Origin: an uncultured Bacilli bacterium
GTDB taxonomy: Bacteria; Bacillota_I; Bacilli_A; RF39; UBA660
Assembly: GCA_934155185.1 (NCBI GenBank)
Contig: CAKPGT010000003.1
Span: 30,970-94,969, forward strand
DNA: 64,000 bases
Direction of reading: 5' to 3'
Shown piece by piece: positions 1 to 9,881 of the stretch. The position numbers and the translations under genes are program-made. How positions within the stretch are numbered: the stretch's first letter is position 1; every line of letters starts with the position of its first letter. Under the pieces are notes generated by a model. That model made no database searches. It saw only the letters and a list, made by a program, of their open reading frames with translations, and was not told the DNA's origin.

Positions 1-855
1 AAAAAGTTAGCACATGAAGATGGTAAGACAAGAAGAAAATTTATAGAAGATTACAAAAGGGTATATGATAGTGGTGCAATAAAAGACGTGTTTTTAAGGG
101 ATTATAAAAGCATATCTGATTATGTAGCGGTAGCTTTTATAACTGAATTAGGTGATTTGCTGTTAAACGCTGATTTTACAAAATTATTTAATAACAATAT
201 AAGAAGTGTTTATGCAGAGTCCCCAGATATTTTAAGTTGCTTTAGAATTTTTTCATTTAATTATAGGAACTTGGGTGTTAAAAATGAAAATATTGGAAAA
301 ACATTTAAGAACTTACTTAAGGAATTTGAAATTCTCTCTAAAACAGGTAAGGTAAATGGTTTTGGTGGAGTAAAATTATATGATTTTTGCAATAAAATGT
401 TAATGGCTAATAATGAGGTTTTAGATATTGTAAATAGAGGTATGAATATTAAAGAGAAACCAGATAATATGATAAATTTATCAGATATATTTTTAAAGGT
501 AGAAAATAGCGATAACTATTTTTCTGATAAATATATGCCATTATTTGTTGATATAACTAGTAGGAATTCTTTTCTTGAATCAATTGTGCAAGATAAAGAA
601 ATTAAAAACGCACTTGTAATAGCATTATTTTTAGTGAAATTAAAAGATGAAGATTTTTTAAAAAGCATTACAACTGAAGATAATCATCTAAATCTTGATA
701 AGGCATGTAAAATAATAAGTACACTTAAAAGTAAAGGTGTTCTAAAAGAACCTTTATATTATAGTCCACATGAATTTTCTAATTATTATAAAATAGTTAA
801 TGATACTTTTGAGGAAAGTAAAAAATGGACAGAAAAGTATAAGAAAATGAATTAA
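1..855 (+). CDS. hypothetical protein, 5' end outside window
   Basis: Frame is open from base 1 and continuous with the 88..855 ORF. No recognisable motif. Lies directly upstream of ftsY. Confidence 0.5.
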   Translation, partial: KKLAHEDGKTRRKFIEDYKRVYDSGAIKDVFLRDYKSISDYVAVAFITELGDLLLNADFTKLFNNNIRSVYAESPDILSCFRIFSFNYRNLGVKNENIGKTFKNLLKEFEILSKTGKVNGFGGVKLYDFCNKMLMANNEVLDIVNRGMNIKEKPDNMINLSDIFLKVENSDNYFSDKYMPLFVDITSRNSFLESIVQDKEIKNALVIALFLVKLKDEDFLKSITTEDNHLNLDKACKIISTLKSKGVLKEPLYYSPHEFSNYYKIVNDTFEESKKWTEKYKKMN

Positions 856-874
856 AAGTGCAAGGAGGATACAT

Positions 875-1846
875 ATGGGATTATTTGATAAAATAAAAAA
901 TGTTTTTAAAAAAGAAGATAAAAGTGTAAGTACATATGAAAAGGGTTTATCTAAAACAAGAAAAAGCTTTGTAAACAAATTAGCTAGTCTTTCAAAAGAG
1001 TATGATGAAATAAATGAAAATTACTTTGAAGAATTAGAAGAACTACTTATTAATGCTGATATAGGAGTTAATACCGTAATGGAATTTATGGATAAGCTCC
1101 AAAAAAGAGTAAGCAAAGAAAAAATTACAGATCCATCTATGCTAACTGAAATAATAGTAGATGAATTATTTATAATATACGTAAATGATGATATATTAAC
1201 TAACAAAATAAATTATAATAATGATGGGCCTACAGTGTTATTATTTGTTGGTGTAAATGGAGTTGGCAAGACAACTACCATAGCAAAATTAGCATCTAAA
1301 TTTAAGAAAGACAAGAAAAAAGTATTATTAGTTGCGGCAGATACATTTAGAGCAGGAGCAAGAGAGCAACTAATAACATGGGGTAAAAAAGTAGGATGTG
1401 ATGTGGTAAGTGATGATACTACAAATGATCCTGCAAGTGTTGTATATCAAGGATTAGAAAAAGCAGTAAAAGAAAAATACGATCTAGTATTAATTGATAC
1501 AGCAGGTAGATTGCAAAATAAGGTTAATCTTATGAAAGAGCTTGAAAAAATAAATAATGTTGCAAGTAAGATAGTGCCAAATGCACCCCATGAAACATTC
1601 TTAGTAATAGATGCAACAACTGGACAAAATGGAATTAGTCAGGCCAAATCATTTAAAGAAATAACAAATTTAACAGGTATAATATTAACTAAACTAGATG
1701 GCACTGCAAAAGGTGGTATAGTTTTAGCTATTAAAGAAGAAGTTAAAGTACCTGTAAGATATATAGGTTTAGGTGAAAAAGAAGAAGATTTACAAGATTT
1801 TGATATAGAAAAATATATATACGGATTATTTAAGGACATGATGTAA
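875..1846 (+). CDS. ftsY: signal recognition particle receptor FtsY
   Basis: SRP-GTPase motifs [15 protein letters not shown] and TKLDG. SD GGAGG upstream. Followed by ylxM and ffh. Confidence 0.95.
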   Translation: MGLFDKIKNVFKKEDKSVSTYEKGLSKTRKSFVNKLASLSKEYDEINENYFEELEELLINADIGVNTVMEFMDKLQKRVSKEKITDPSMLTEIIVDELFIIYVNDDILTNKINYNNDGPTVLLFVGVNGVGKTTTIAKLASKFKKDKKKVLLVAADTFRAGAREQLITWGKKVGCDVVSDDTTNDPASVVYQGLEKAVKEKYDLVLIDTAGRLQNKVNLMKELEKINNVASKIVPNAPHETFLVIDATTGQNGISQAKSFKEITNLTGIILTKLDGTAKGGIVLAIKEEVKVPVRYIGLGEKEEDLQDFDIEKYIYGLFKDMM

Positions 1847-2143
1847 ATGGATGAAAGAGAGTATTTGATAATCTTATATGATTATTATGGAGAACTATTA
1901 AATGAAGATAATAAAACCTATTTTGAAGATTATTATTTTGATAATTTATCTTTAGGAGAGATAGCTGAAAACAATAGTATTAGTCGTAATGCTGTCCATA
2001 AGCATATAAAAAGTACTGAGACAAAATTAAGATTTTATGAAGAAAAGTTAGGATTATATGATAGGGATATGCGAATAAAACGTAAATTAAAAAGCATAAA
2101 AGATGAAAAAATATGTAAAATATTAGAAGAATTTTTAAAATAG
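1847..2143 (+). CDS. ylxM: YlxM/UPF0122 HTH protein associated with the SRP operon
   Basis: 98 aa with a sigma-70 region-4-like HTH (LSLGEIAENNSISRNAVH). Classic position between ftsY and ffh. Start abuts the ftsY stop (TAAATG). Confidence 0.85.
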   Translation: MDEREYLIILYDYYGELLNEDNKTYFEDYYFDNLSLGEIAENNSISRNAVHKHIKSTETKLRFYEEKLGLYDRDMRIKRKLKSIKDEKICKILEEFLK

Positions 2144-2208
2144 TGTTTGATTTTTGAAAAAAGATGGTATAATATTACTGAATAGAATAAATAAAAGGAG
2201 TTTGTGAT

Positions 2209-2430
2209 ATGGCAACTAGTAAAAGTAAGACTAAAAAAGAAACTAATAAAAGCGCTAATCCAGTAGGAAGACCAAGAAAGAAATATGGTGCTGAAACATT
2301 AATGGATAACAAAAAAAGTTTTAAAGTAGACAATAATAATATTGTATTTGATAAGTATGGTGATGCTCTAATATTAATGGCAGTAATACTTATTATAGCA
2401 TGTTTAGTTTTATACTTTGCAGTTAAGTAA
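2209..2430 (+). CDS. small tail-anchored membrane protein with AT-hook-like GRPRKK motif
   Basis: SD AAGGAG upstream. Basic N-terminus containing PVGRPRKK. Single C-terminal hydrophobic helix (LILMAVILIIACLVLYFAV). Hairpin plus T-run follows at about 2444..2468. Confidence 0.5.
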   Translation: MATSKSKTKKETNKSANPVGRPRKKYGAETLMDNKKSFKVDNNNIVFDKYGDALILMAVILIIACLVLYFAVK

Positions 2431-2490
2431 TTGTTTGAATGAACTGGACTTAGGTCTGGTTTTTTTGTATAATTAATTATGGTGATAAAA

Positions 2491-3798
2491 ATGTTTGAAA
2501 GTTTAACTGAAAAGATAGAAAAAGCAGTAAATAAACTAAAGGGTAATGGGGTTATAACTGAAGATAATATAACAGATGCTATGCGTGATGTAAGGCTTGC
2601 CTTGCTTGAGGCAGATGTTAACTATAAAGTAGTAAAAGAATTTACAAATAAAGTAAAAGAAAAAGCTTTAGGAGAAGAAGTTAAAAAATCTTTAAAGCCA
2701 GGTGAGGTATTTTTAAAAATATTAAAAGATGAGCTTCTGACTTTATTAGGTGAAGGCAAAACAGAGCTTGATTTATCTAATAATCCATCAGTAATTATGC
2801 TAGTTGGACTTCAAGGTTCTGGTAAGACAACTACTATAGGAAAATTAGCTAATTTATTAAGAAAGAAAAAAAGTAAGAAGCCTCTTCTTATTGCTTGTGA
2901 TGTGTATCGTCCAGCAGCAATTGATCAATTAAAGCAGTTAGGTCGTGAACTTAATATAGAGGTTTATGATGAAGGGCAAGGTAATGCGGTTAAAATAGCA
3001 CAAAATGGTATTTCTTATGCCAAAGAAAATGGTTACGATTTAGTATTAATTGATACGGCAGGTAGATTGCATGTTGATGAAAAATTAATGAATGAATTAA
3101 AGGATATTAATGAGACAGTAAATCCTAATGAAATATTACTAGTAATAGATTCTATGATGGGACAAGATGCAATAAATGTTATAAATGGTTTTAATGATGC
3201 ACTTCCTTTAACTGGTACTATATTAACTAAGATGGATGGTGATACCAAAGGTGGTGTTGCTTTATCTGCAAGGCATTTAACTGGTGTTCCAATTAAGTTT
3301 ATTGGAGTATCTGAAAAACTAGATGGTATAGATGAATTTAATCCAGATAGAATGGTATCTAGAATACTTGGTAATGGTGATATAATGTCAATAATAGAAA
3401 AAGCAGAATCTGTTATTGATGAAAAAGAAGCGCTAAGTACTGTTAAGAAAATACAGGCTGGTAAGATGGATCTTGAAGATTTTTTATCACAGTTAAAACA
3501 AATTAAAAAATTAGGCCCACTTGAAAACTTGCTTAAGCTTTTACCAGGAGCTAGAAAAATGGGCCTTAATAATATAAGTATAGATCAAAAACAGTTTAGT
3601 AAGATAGAAGCTATAATACAGTCTATGACACCTAAGGAAAGAAGAAATCCATCTATTATAAAAGCATCAAGAAAGCAAAGAATAGCTAAAGGTTCTGCAT
3701 CTACTGTTCAAGATGTAAATAAATTACTAAATCAGTTTGAGCAGATGCAAAAAATGATGAAAATGATGAAAAATGGAAATTTTAAAATGCCATTTTAA
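2491..3798 (+). CDS. ffh: signal recognition particle protein Ffh
   Basis: G-domain motifs GLQGSGKTTT, DTAGR and TKMDGD. Met-rich M domain (MQKMMKMMK). Start moved to ATG 2491 (MFESLTEK), the usual Ffh N-terminus. Confidence 0.95.
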   Translation: MFESLTEKIEKAVNKLKGNGVITEDNITDAMRDVRLALLEADVNYKVVKEFTNKVKEKALGEEVKKSLKPGEVFLKILKDELLTLLGEGKTELDLSNNPSVIMLVGLQGSGKTTTIGKLANLLRKKKSKKPLLIACDVYRPAAIDQLKQLGRELNIEVYDEGQGNAVKIAQNGISYAKENGYDLVLIDTAGRLHVDEKLMNELKDINETVNPNEILLVIDSMMGQDAINVINGFNDALPLTGTILTKMDGDTKGGVALSARHLTGVPIKFIGVSEKLDGIDEFNPDRMVSRILGNGDIMSIIEKAESVIDEKEALSTVKKIQAGKMDLEDFLSQLKQIKKLGPLENLLKLLPGARKMGLNNISIDQKQFSKIEAIIQSMTPKERRNPSIIKASRKQRIAKGSASTVQDVNKLLNQFEQMQKMMKMMKNGNFKMPF

Positions 3799-3825
3799 TA
3801 CTTACTATCTTATGTGGAGGAAAAA

Positions 3826-4674
3826 ATGATTAAGGCAAAACCATTTGTTAAATGGGCAGGTGGAAAAAGACAAGTTATTGATAAATTAAAAAAATATGTT
3901 CCATATGAGTTTGATACTTACTATGAACCATTTATAGGTGGGGGTGCCCTTTTATTTGAACTAGCTCCTAAGAAGGCTGTTATTAATGATTCTAATAAGG
4001 AACTTATGAATATATATGAATGTTTATGTGATGAAAATAAATTTAAGAAAATGTGTAGCGTACTAAACAACTATGAAAAAGAACATTCAGAAGAATTTTA
4101 TTATGAAATAAGAAATAAGGACAGAAATAAACATACATATGATAGATTATCTGATTATACTAAAGCAGCTAGAATGATCTATTTAAATAAAGCATGTTTT
4201 AATGGTTTATATAGAGTAAATAGTAAAAATGAGTTTAACGTTCCATTTGGAAAGAAAGCTAAAGTAAATACCTATGATGGCGGTAATTTAATAACTGTTA
4301 GTAATTACTTAACAATGAATGATATTAAGATATTAAGTGTAGACTTTGAAGAAGCTGTAAGTACTGCTAAAAAAGGAGATTTCGTGTACTTTGATCCACC
4401 ATATGATTCAGATACTTCAACTTTTAATAGTTACACTGAAGAAGGTTTTGGTAAGAAGGAACAAAAGAGATTAGCTGAAGTCTTTAAAAAGCTAGATAAA
4501 AAAGGTGTTTATGTTATGTTATCTAACCATGATACTGTTTTAGTAAATGAATTATATAAAGGATATAATAAACATGTAATAGAAGCTAAAAGAAACATAA
4601 ACTCTAATGGACAAAAAAGAGGAAAAGTAAAAGAAGTAATCATAACTAATTTTGAAAATGAAAAGGGATTTTAA
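3826..4674 (+). CDS. Dam-type N6-adenine DNA methyltransferase (orphan)
   Basis: KWAGGKRQ N-terminus, FIGGGA SAM-binding loop and DPPY catalytic tetrapeptide (FVYFDPPYDSD). SD GGAGG precedes ATG 3826. No endonuclease ORF is adjacent. Confidence 0.9.
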   Translation: MIKAKPFVKWAGGKRQVIDKLKKYVPYEFDTYYEPFIGGGALLFELAPKKAVINDSNKELMNIYECLCDENKFKKMCSVLNNYEKEHSEEFYYEIRNKDRNKHTYDRLSDYTKAARMIYLNKACFNGLYRVNSKNEFNVPFGKKAKVNTYDGGNLITVSNYLTMNDIKILSVDFEEAVSTAKKGDFVYFDPPYDSDTSTFNSYTEEGFGKKEQKRLAEVFKKLDKKGVYVMLSNHDTVLVNELYKGYNKHVIEAKRNINSNGQKRGKVKEVIITNFENEKGF

Positions 4675-4688
4675 TTAAAGTCCCTTTT
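4661..4688 (+). terminator. hairpin overlapping the methyltransferase stop (weak intrinsic terminator)
   Basis: AAAAGGGA (4661-4668) pairs with TCCCTTTT (4681-4688) around a 12-nt loop. The U-run is part of the stem. Confidence 0.4.
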
Positions 4689-4747
4689 CTACATATTGTA
4701 GGTAAAAAGCTTAATAAACTCATGATATAATTTTTTTAGGAGGATTT

Positions 4748-5491
4748 ATGAATAAAATAGGTGAAAAGATTAAAGAATATAGGATAAAGGAAGGATTAAC
4801 GCAGAAACAGCTAGGAGATATTTTATATGTTACAGATAAAACAATTTCTAGTTGGGAGATTTGCAGAACTTATCCAGATATAGATATGTTAAAAAAGATA
4901 AGTAAGGCATTAAATTTAAGTATGTTTGAGCTTGTTTATGATAGTGCAAATGAAAATGAAATAGAAATTGAAGTAAAAATAAAGATAGATGAAAATGAAT
5001 ATAAAAGAATAAAAGAACTTATGGAAAAAGAGGGTAATTATATTAGCAAAATGAATCAAAAAGCTACTTATTATGAACCATCGGATAGAAGCTTTACTAA
5101 TTCTGATCCGATTAGAAAATGGCTAAGAATTAGAAAAGAGGGAAATAAAAAAATTCTAAATTATAAATATTGTAATGACAATAGATATTGCTGCGAATAT
5201 GAAGTGGGTATTGATAATGATAATGCTTTAATGAAAATATTTGATGCAATAGGGCTTGTCAAAATGGCAAAGGTTAGTAAAAGAAGAACCCAATATATGT
5301 ATGAAGATAAATATGAGTTTTCCTTCGACAAAGTTGATAACTTAGGATATTTTGTTGAGATAGAAGTAAAAAAGCCAGAGTTAAGTTTAGAGGAAGAGTA
5401 TGAAAAGCTTATAGAACTAATAAACAAATTTAATATTGATATTTCAAAAATAACAACGAAAAGATATCCGTACTATTTTATTAAATCTTAA
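4748..5491 (+). CDS. XRE-family HTH fused to a CYTH (CyaB / class IV adenylyl cyclase-thiamine triphosphatase) domain
   Basis: N-terminal HTH_3 signature (LTQKQLGDILYVTDKTISSWE). The CYTH-type ExExK motif (EIEIEVKIKI) starts the second domain, with acidic strands (FVEIEVK) near the C-terminus. Confidence 0.75.
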   Translation: MNKIGEKIKEYRIKEGLTQKQLGDILYVTDKTISSWEICRTYPDIDMLKKISKALNLSMFELVYDSANENEIEIEVKIKIDENEYKRIKELMEKEGNYISKMNQKATYYEPSDRSFTNSDPIRKWLRIRKEGNKKILNYKYCNDNRYCCEYEVGIDNDNALMKIFDAIGLVKMAKVSKRRTQYMYEDKYEFSFDKVDNLGYFVEIEVKKPELSLEEEYEKLIELINKFNIDISKITTKRYPYYFIKS

Positions 5492-5552
5492 GATAAAGAC
5501 CTATTCAAACATTTAGCCTTGTCATACTATAAAGTAGATAAGGGGGATTTAA

Positions 5553-5825
5553 ATGTTTTTTAATAATAAAAGCAATATGTTCTTTGGTGCTGCTGGATGC
5601 TGTCAAAATAATGATAACGTAAATTGTCCATGCGATCCAGTAATTGAACCAACTATTGAAAGATGTGTAACAAGAGATATTTGCCATACCGTAGAACATA
5701 TTTGCCCAATTCACACAAGAGTTATAAACAATCATATTATTCAACATAACTATACTCCAGAATATACTTGCTCAGAAGAAAATACTGTAACAAATGTTGA
5801 TCCTGGTTGTTGTAACAAGTTCTAG
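5553..5825 (+). CDS. CotD-like cysteine/histidine-rich spore coat protein
   Basis: 90 aa rich in Cys and His, with CotD-like repeated H-x-H/V-x-P segments (HTVEHICPIHTRVINNHIIQHNY). SD GGGGGA upstream. Confidence 0.6.
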   Translation: MFFNNKSNMFFGAAGCCQNNDNVNCPCDPVIEPTIERCVTRDICHTVEHICPIHTRVINNHIIQHNYTPEYTCSEENTVTNVDPGCCNKF

Positions 5826-5852
5826 AAAAATTCCTGTTTAGGAATTTTTTCT
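5826..5852 (+). terminator. intrinsic terminator after the cotD-like gene
   Basis: AAAAATTCC / GGAATTTTT stem with a 6-nt loop, followed by a T-run. Confidence 0.65.
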
Positions 5853-5960
5853 TTATGTAAAATTTCTAGTTTTTTTAAATGTTTACCCATAATTATACAA
5901 AATATGATGATTTAAGGTGATATTATAGAGGCATTTTCATAAAAGAAGGAGAAAAAAATT

Positions 5961-6796
5961 ATGGAAATAAGCTTAAAGGGAGGTGAAGTAGTACCTGTAA
6001 CATCAGATATGATGTTTAAAGCTATATTAATGAATACTTAGCAGTTATATAAAGTAATATATTAGATATAGACAAGAATTATATATTAGATAATTTAGCA
6101 TTTAAGAATACTAAAGCAAGGAATACTAGGTGTATCAGAAAAAAGAAAGGTAACGGATTTAATAGTAGATATAAATAAACTAACAGAGATGAATTAGGGC
6201 ATCCGTTAGGAAAAATAATGCATACCTAAGTAGAATTATGTCAGGTGCTATAGAAAGTGGGAAGACTATGCTAAGCTAGATATAGTCGTGGTTCAAATAA
6301 ACTTTGATAAAGTATGGAAGTTTGAAGATGAACTAATAATTATATTTGAAATGAGAAATAAAAGTACTTATAGAAAAAGAAGTAGTTATATATATAGTAA
6401 TGATCCAGTAATATATCATGTAAATCTTTCAAAAGCATATAAAATGTATTATAAGATAGAAAGTTAAATATATTTATAAGGGAGCTAGCACTTATGATTA
6501 CAAATAATAAGGAAGATTTAAATGAAATATTAAAAGGAGATAAGGTAATGGAAGGCGATAAAAATAAGATAACATCATTATCAATGGATGATTATATAAA
6601 GGAATACTATATAAAAGAAGAGCAAGATGAATGAATGAGAAATGTTGATATAGCTGATGCTAGGAAAATTGGCTTTAATGAAGGAATAAATCAAAATAAG
6701 ATAGAAACTGCTAAGAAAATGAAAGAGGAAAATATACCACTAGATATAATAGCAAAAATAACTAGTCTAACCAAAGAAGAAATAGAAAAACTATAA
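5961..6796 (+). pseudogene. decayed Rpn/YhgA-like (PDDEXK_2, putative transposase) gene
   Basis: N-terminal VVPVTSDMMFKAILMNT and C-terminal GFNEGINQNKIETAKKMKEENIPLDIIAKITSLTKEEIEKL match the typical ends of this family. The body is broken by many stops and frameshifts. Confidence 0.6.
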
Positions 6797-6912
6797 GCAC
6801 GGTTTAAATTTAACAGAAATAAATTTTGTTATAGACTTGCTATATAGACAAAATTATCTATTATTTTCACCTTATTTGTGCTATACTTGTATTAGAAATA
6901 GGAGAATAATTT

Positions 6913-7305
6913 ATGAGTATAGAAGAGACTAGAAATAATATTAATAATACGAAAGATATTATAAGAAGGATTATAAAAGCACATTCATTAGATACCGTCC
7001 TTGGCAATAACAGTAGGGAAGACTTAAATTATGTAGATGTGCTATATCCTTATGTTGAAAAAATATTTGGTCTTGATGTATGCTTAGCATCTATTAATGA
7101 TAAAAATTTACTTAGGTCTTTTTATGAAGAAAATTACGAATCAAGTGTTAATTATGATAAACTATTAGAAATATTTAGTGGTGCCAAAGAAATTTGTGAA
7201 GGCTTAACAGAAAATAATAAATTTCTTAATGTAAGTGATGACCTTAAGGATGTTATAGAAGAAATTATTGACAAAAAAATTGCTATCAAAGCTACTGTAA
7301 AATAA
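6913..7305 (+). CDS. hypothetical protein
   Basis: 130-aa ORF with SD AGGAGA upstream. No recognisable motif. Confidence 0.5.
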   Translation: MSIEETRNNINNTKDIIRRIIKAHSLDTVLGNNSREDLNYVDVLYPYVEKIFGLDVCLASINDKNLLRSFYEENYESSVNYDKLLEIFSGAKEICEGLTENNKFLNVSDDLKDVIEEIIDKKIAIKATVK

Positions 7306-7359
7306 TGTAAATATTATTGATATTAATATATCAAAAGTTGTATACTATAATTAGGGAAG

Positions 7360-7563
7360 GTGATATTAGTGATTTATCCATCAATTGACAAAATACTAAA
7401 TAAGATTGGATCTAAATATTTATTAGTACATGTTGTTTCAAGAAGATCAAAAGAAATGACAGAAACAAAGCATTATCAAATGCCTGAGTCAAAATATAAA
7501 TGTAGTAAAAATATTGGTAGGGCTTTAGAAGAAGTTATGGAAGACTTAATACATGTTAAATAG
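7360..7563 (+). CDS. rpoZ: DNA-directed RNA polymerase subunit omega
   Basis: YPSIDKILNKIGSKYLLVHVVSRRSKEM matches the conserved RpoZ N-terminus. The real start is probably GTG 7369, just after SD GGGAAGGTGA. Confidence 0.85.
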   Translation: MILVIYPSIDKILNKIGSKYLLVHVVSRRSKEMTETKHYQMPESKYKCSKNIGRALEEVMEDLIHVK

Positions 7564-7595
7564 TATTATGTTTTTTTTCTATGGAGGGTGCAATA

Positions 7596-8363
7596 ATGAA
7601 GATAGTTAAATTTAAAAAGACAAGTAAAAGTAAATATAAACTATATTTAGAAAACAATCAAACATTATCCTTGTATGAAGATATAATAATAAAACATAAT
7701 CTTATTTTAAAAAAAGAAATAGACAATAATGAAATTAATAAGTTAGTTAAAGAAAACATTAACTATTCAGCGTATGATTTAGCTCTAAACTATATATCTG
7801 TTAGACTTAGAAGTAAAAAGGAATTAGAAAACTATTTGTTAAAAATGAAAATAGATAAAAACATAGTAGACTTTGTCATTTTAAAGCTAGAAAATGAAGG
7901 CTATCTAAATGACTATAAATTTGCTAAAGCCTATTTAAATGATAATATAACATTAACACCCAAAGGTCCTTATAAAATAAAAAATGAGCTTATAAAGTGC
8001 GGTGTTGATAGCAGTATAATAAGTGAATTATTAGAAGATATAGATGATTCTATTTTAGAAGAAAAGTTGTATAACTTAATGGTAAAACAATTAAGAATAA
8101 AAAAGGGTAGTAAAACTGAAATTAAACTGAAACTTATTAATTATTTTTCAAATTTAGGTTATGATAAAAAAATGATACTTGATATTTTAAGTAAATTTAG
8201 CATTGAAACTGACGTTTCTAATTTGCAAAGGGAATATAATAAATTATATACTAAGTATAAAAAAAAGTATGAAGGAAATACCCTTGATAGGCTTATAACC
8301 TCTAAATTATATTCTAAAGGTTATAGCTTAGATGAGATATCCAAAGTAAAACAAGCTAACTAA
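7596..8363 (+). CDS. recX: RecX-family regulatory protein
   Basis: Three-helix repeat architecture and a YLNDYKFAKAYL-type motif. SD GGAGGG precedes ATG 7596. Confidence 0.8.
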   Translation: MKIVKFKKTSKSKYKLYLENNQTLSLYEDIIIKHNLILKKEIDNNEINKLVKENINYSAYDLALNYISVRLRSKKELENYLLKMKIDKNIVDFVILKLENEGYLNDYKFAKAYLNDNITLTPKGPYKIKNELIKCGVDSSIISELLEDIDDSILEEKLYNLMVKQLRIKKGSKTEIKLKLINYFSNLGYDKKMILDILSKFSIETDVSNLQREYNKLYTKYKKKYEGNTLDRLITSKLYSKGYSLDEISKVKQAN

Positions 8364-8383
8364 AATGTTAACTTGTTTTCTTA

Positions 8384-9691
8384 TTAATTACTAGATGTAG
8401 TTGTTGTAGTTGTAACAGCTTCTTTTATATAGCTTTCGTAATCTTTTTTAACTGTTTTATCTTTAATTTTAATATTATATTTATTTCTTAATGAAATCAT
8501 TGCTTTAGCACTTAAAGTAGTATCGTTTGATTTCTTCTCTTCAACTAATTTCTTAATTATAGTATCTTTTGATTTTTTATAACTTGGTTTTTCTTTTTCA
8601 CCAGTTTTCATTATAATATGGTATCCATAAGTTGTTTTAACAGGTTCTGTTGTATATTCATTAACAGATAATTTGTATGCTGCTTTCTCAAACGCTTCTT
8701 CCATTTCACCAGTATTAAAGTAACCTAAATTACCACCATCTTTTTTAGATGCTTCATCTTCTGAATATTCTTTAGCTAAAGTAGAGAAGTCTTCGCCATT
8801 CTTAAGCTTTTCAATTATTTCTTTAGCTTTTTCTTTAGCCTTCTTATCATTAGCTTCTTTTTCTTCATCAGTTGCGTTATCATCATTCTTAACAGCTATT
8901 AAAATATGTTTAGCTTCAATATCACCAACAATTTTATTTTCATAGTAATCTTTCATTTCTTTTTCAGTTAAGTTTTCTTTTATATAATCTTCTGTTGCTA
9001 ATGTTAATTTACTGTTTTTTATAAGTAAACTTTTTAACTCAGCATCATTAGCAATACCATTATATTCTAGGAATGCTTGATAGCTGTCACCATAAGTACT
9101 TTTATAATTATCAACAGTTGATTTAGCTGAATTTTTCATATCATCAGTTGTTTTATACTTTTTATTTAAAATGTATTCATCAATTATATTGATTGCAATT
9201 TTTTCACCATTTTGCTTTTTAAGTTCACTATAAAGTTCATTAGCAGTAATAGTTTTACCTTTTACACTAACAACGATATCATCACCATTTTTAGTTTTTG
9301 TGTTTTTAGTTGAAACACAAATTAATACTATAAGTAATACAACTATTATAAGAGTACATGATACAACTATTTGTTCTAAAGTTAAACTATTAAACCATTT
9401 AGATAATTTAGACTGTTTTTTAGTCTTGTTAGCCTTTGGTGCATAGTTATCAACTTTAACTTCTTTAACCTCTTTTACTTCTTTTTTAACTTCCTTTTTT
9501 ACAGGACTTTTTTTTGTAGAATTTTTTACTTCTACTTTTTTAGCATTAGTTTTTTTTCTCTCAGCTTTTTTTACAGTTTCTTTCTTTGCAGTTTCTTTTT
9601 TTACTGGTGCTTTTTTTGTAGTACTACTAGTTTTTTTAACATCAGTTTTAGAAGCTGTTTTTTTACTTTGAGCTTTCTTTTTCTCTGCCAT
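8384..9691 (-). CDS. prsA: PrsA-like parvulin peptidyl-prolyl isomerase with Lys-rich N-terminal tail
   Basis: Single TM helix, SurA-N-like region and a parvulin core (AKHILI ... GGNLGYF ... TTYGYHII). The first ~100 aa are KKx repeats. Confidence 0.85.
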   Translation of the reverse strand: MAEKKKAQSKKTASKTDVKKTSSTTKKAPVKKETAKKETVKKAERKKTNAKKVEVKNSTKKSPVKKEVKKEVKEVKEVKVDNYAPKANKTKKQSKLSKWFNSLTLEQIVVSCTLIIVVLLIVLICVSTKNTKTKNGDDIVVSVKGKTITANELYSELKKQNGEKIAINIIDEYILNKKYKTTDDMKNSAKSTVDNYKSTYGDSYQAFLEYNGIANDAELKSLLIKNSKLTLATEDYIKENLTEKEMKDYYENKIVGDIEAKHILIAVKNDDNATDEEKEANDKKAKEKAKEIIEKLKNGEDFSTLAKEYSEDEASKKDGGNLGYFNTGEMEEAFEKAAYKLSVNEYTTEPVKTTYGYHIIMKTGEKEKPSYKKSKDTIIKKLVEEKKSNDTTLSAKAMISLRNKYNIKIKDKTVKKDYESYIKEAVTTTTTTSSN

Positions 9692-9823
9692 TTATTCTCA
9701 TCTCCTAACAATTTACTTATATATCATAACAAATTATATTATAAAACTCAACTTTTTTAACGTCTTTTTTATTTCAATAGTAAGAAAACTATAAATCCTA
9801 TAAAATTTTATTCATAAGCATTC

Positions 9824-9851
9824 ACACATTTTATCTATTTGCCATAAAATA
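9824..9851 (+). promoter_or_regulatory. possible mother-cell (SigK-type) promoter: AC-17 nt-CATAAAATA
   Basis: AC at 9824-9825, a 17-nt spacer, then CATAAAATA at 9843-9851, 31 nt upstream of the YjcZ-like ATG. Pattern match only. Confidence 0.3.
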
Positions 9852-9881
9852 CTTTGAAAAGACAAAAAGGAGGAATGAATT

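Noticed and set aside
3826-5491. A complete type II restriction-modification system around the Dam-type methyltransferase.
   Set aside because: No candidate endonuclease ORF lies on either side. The downstream gene is clearly HTH plus CYTH, and the upstream gene is ffh.
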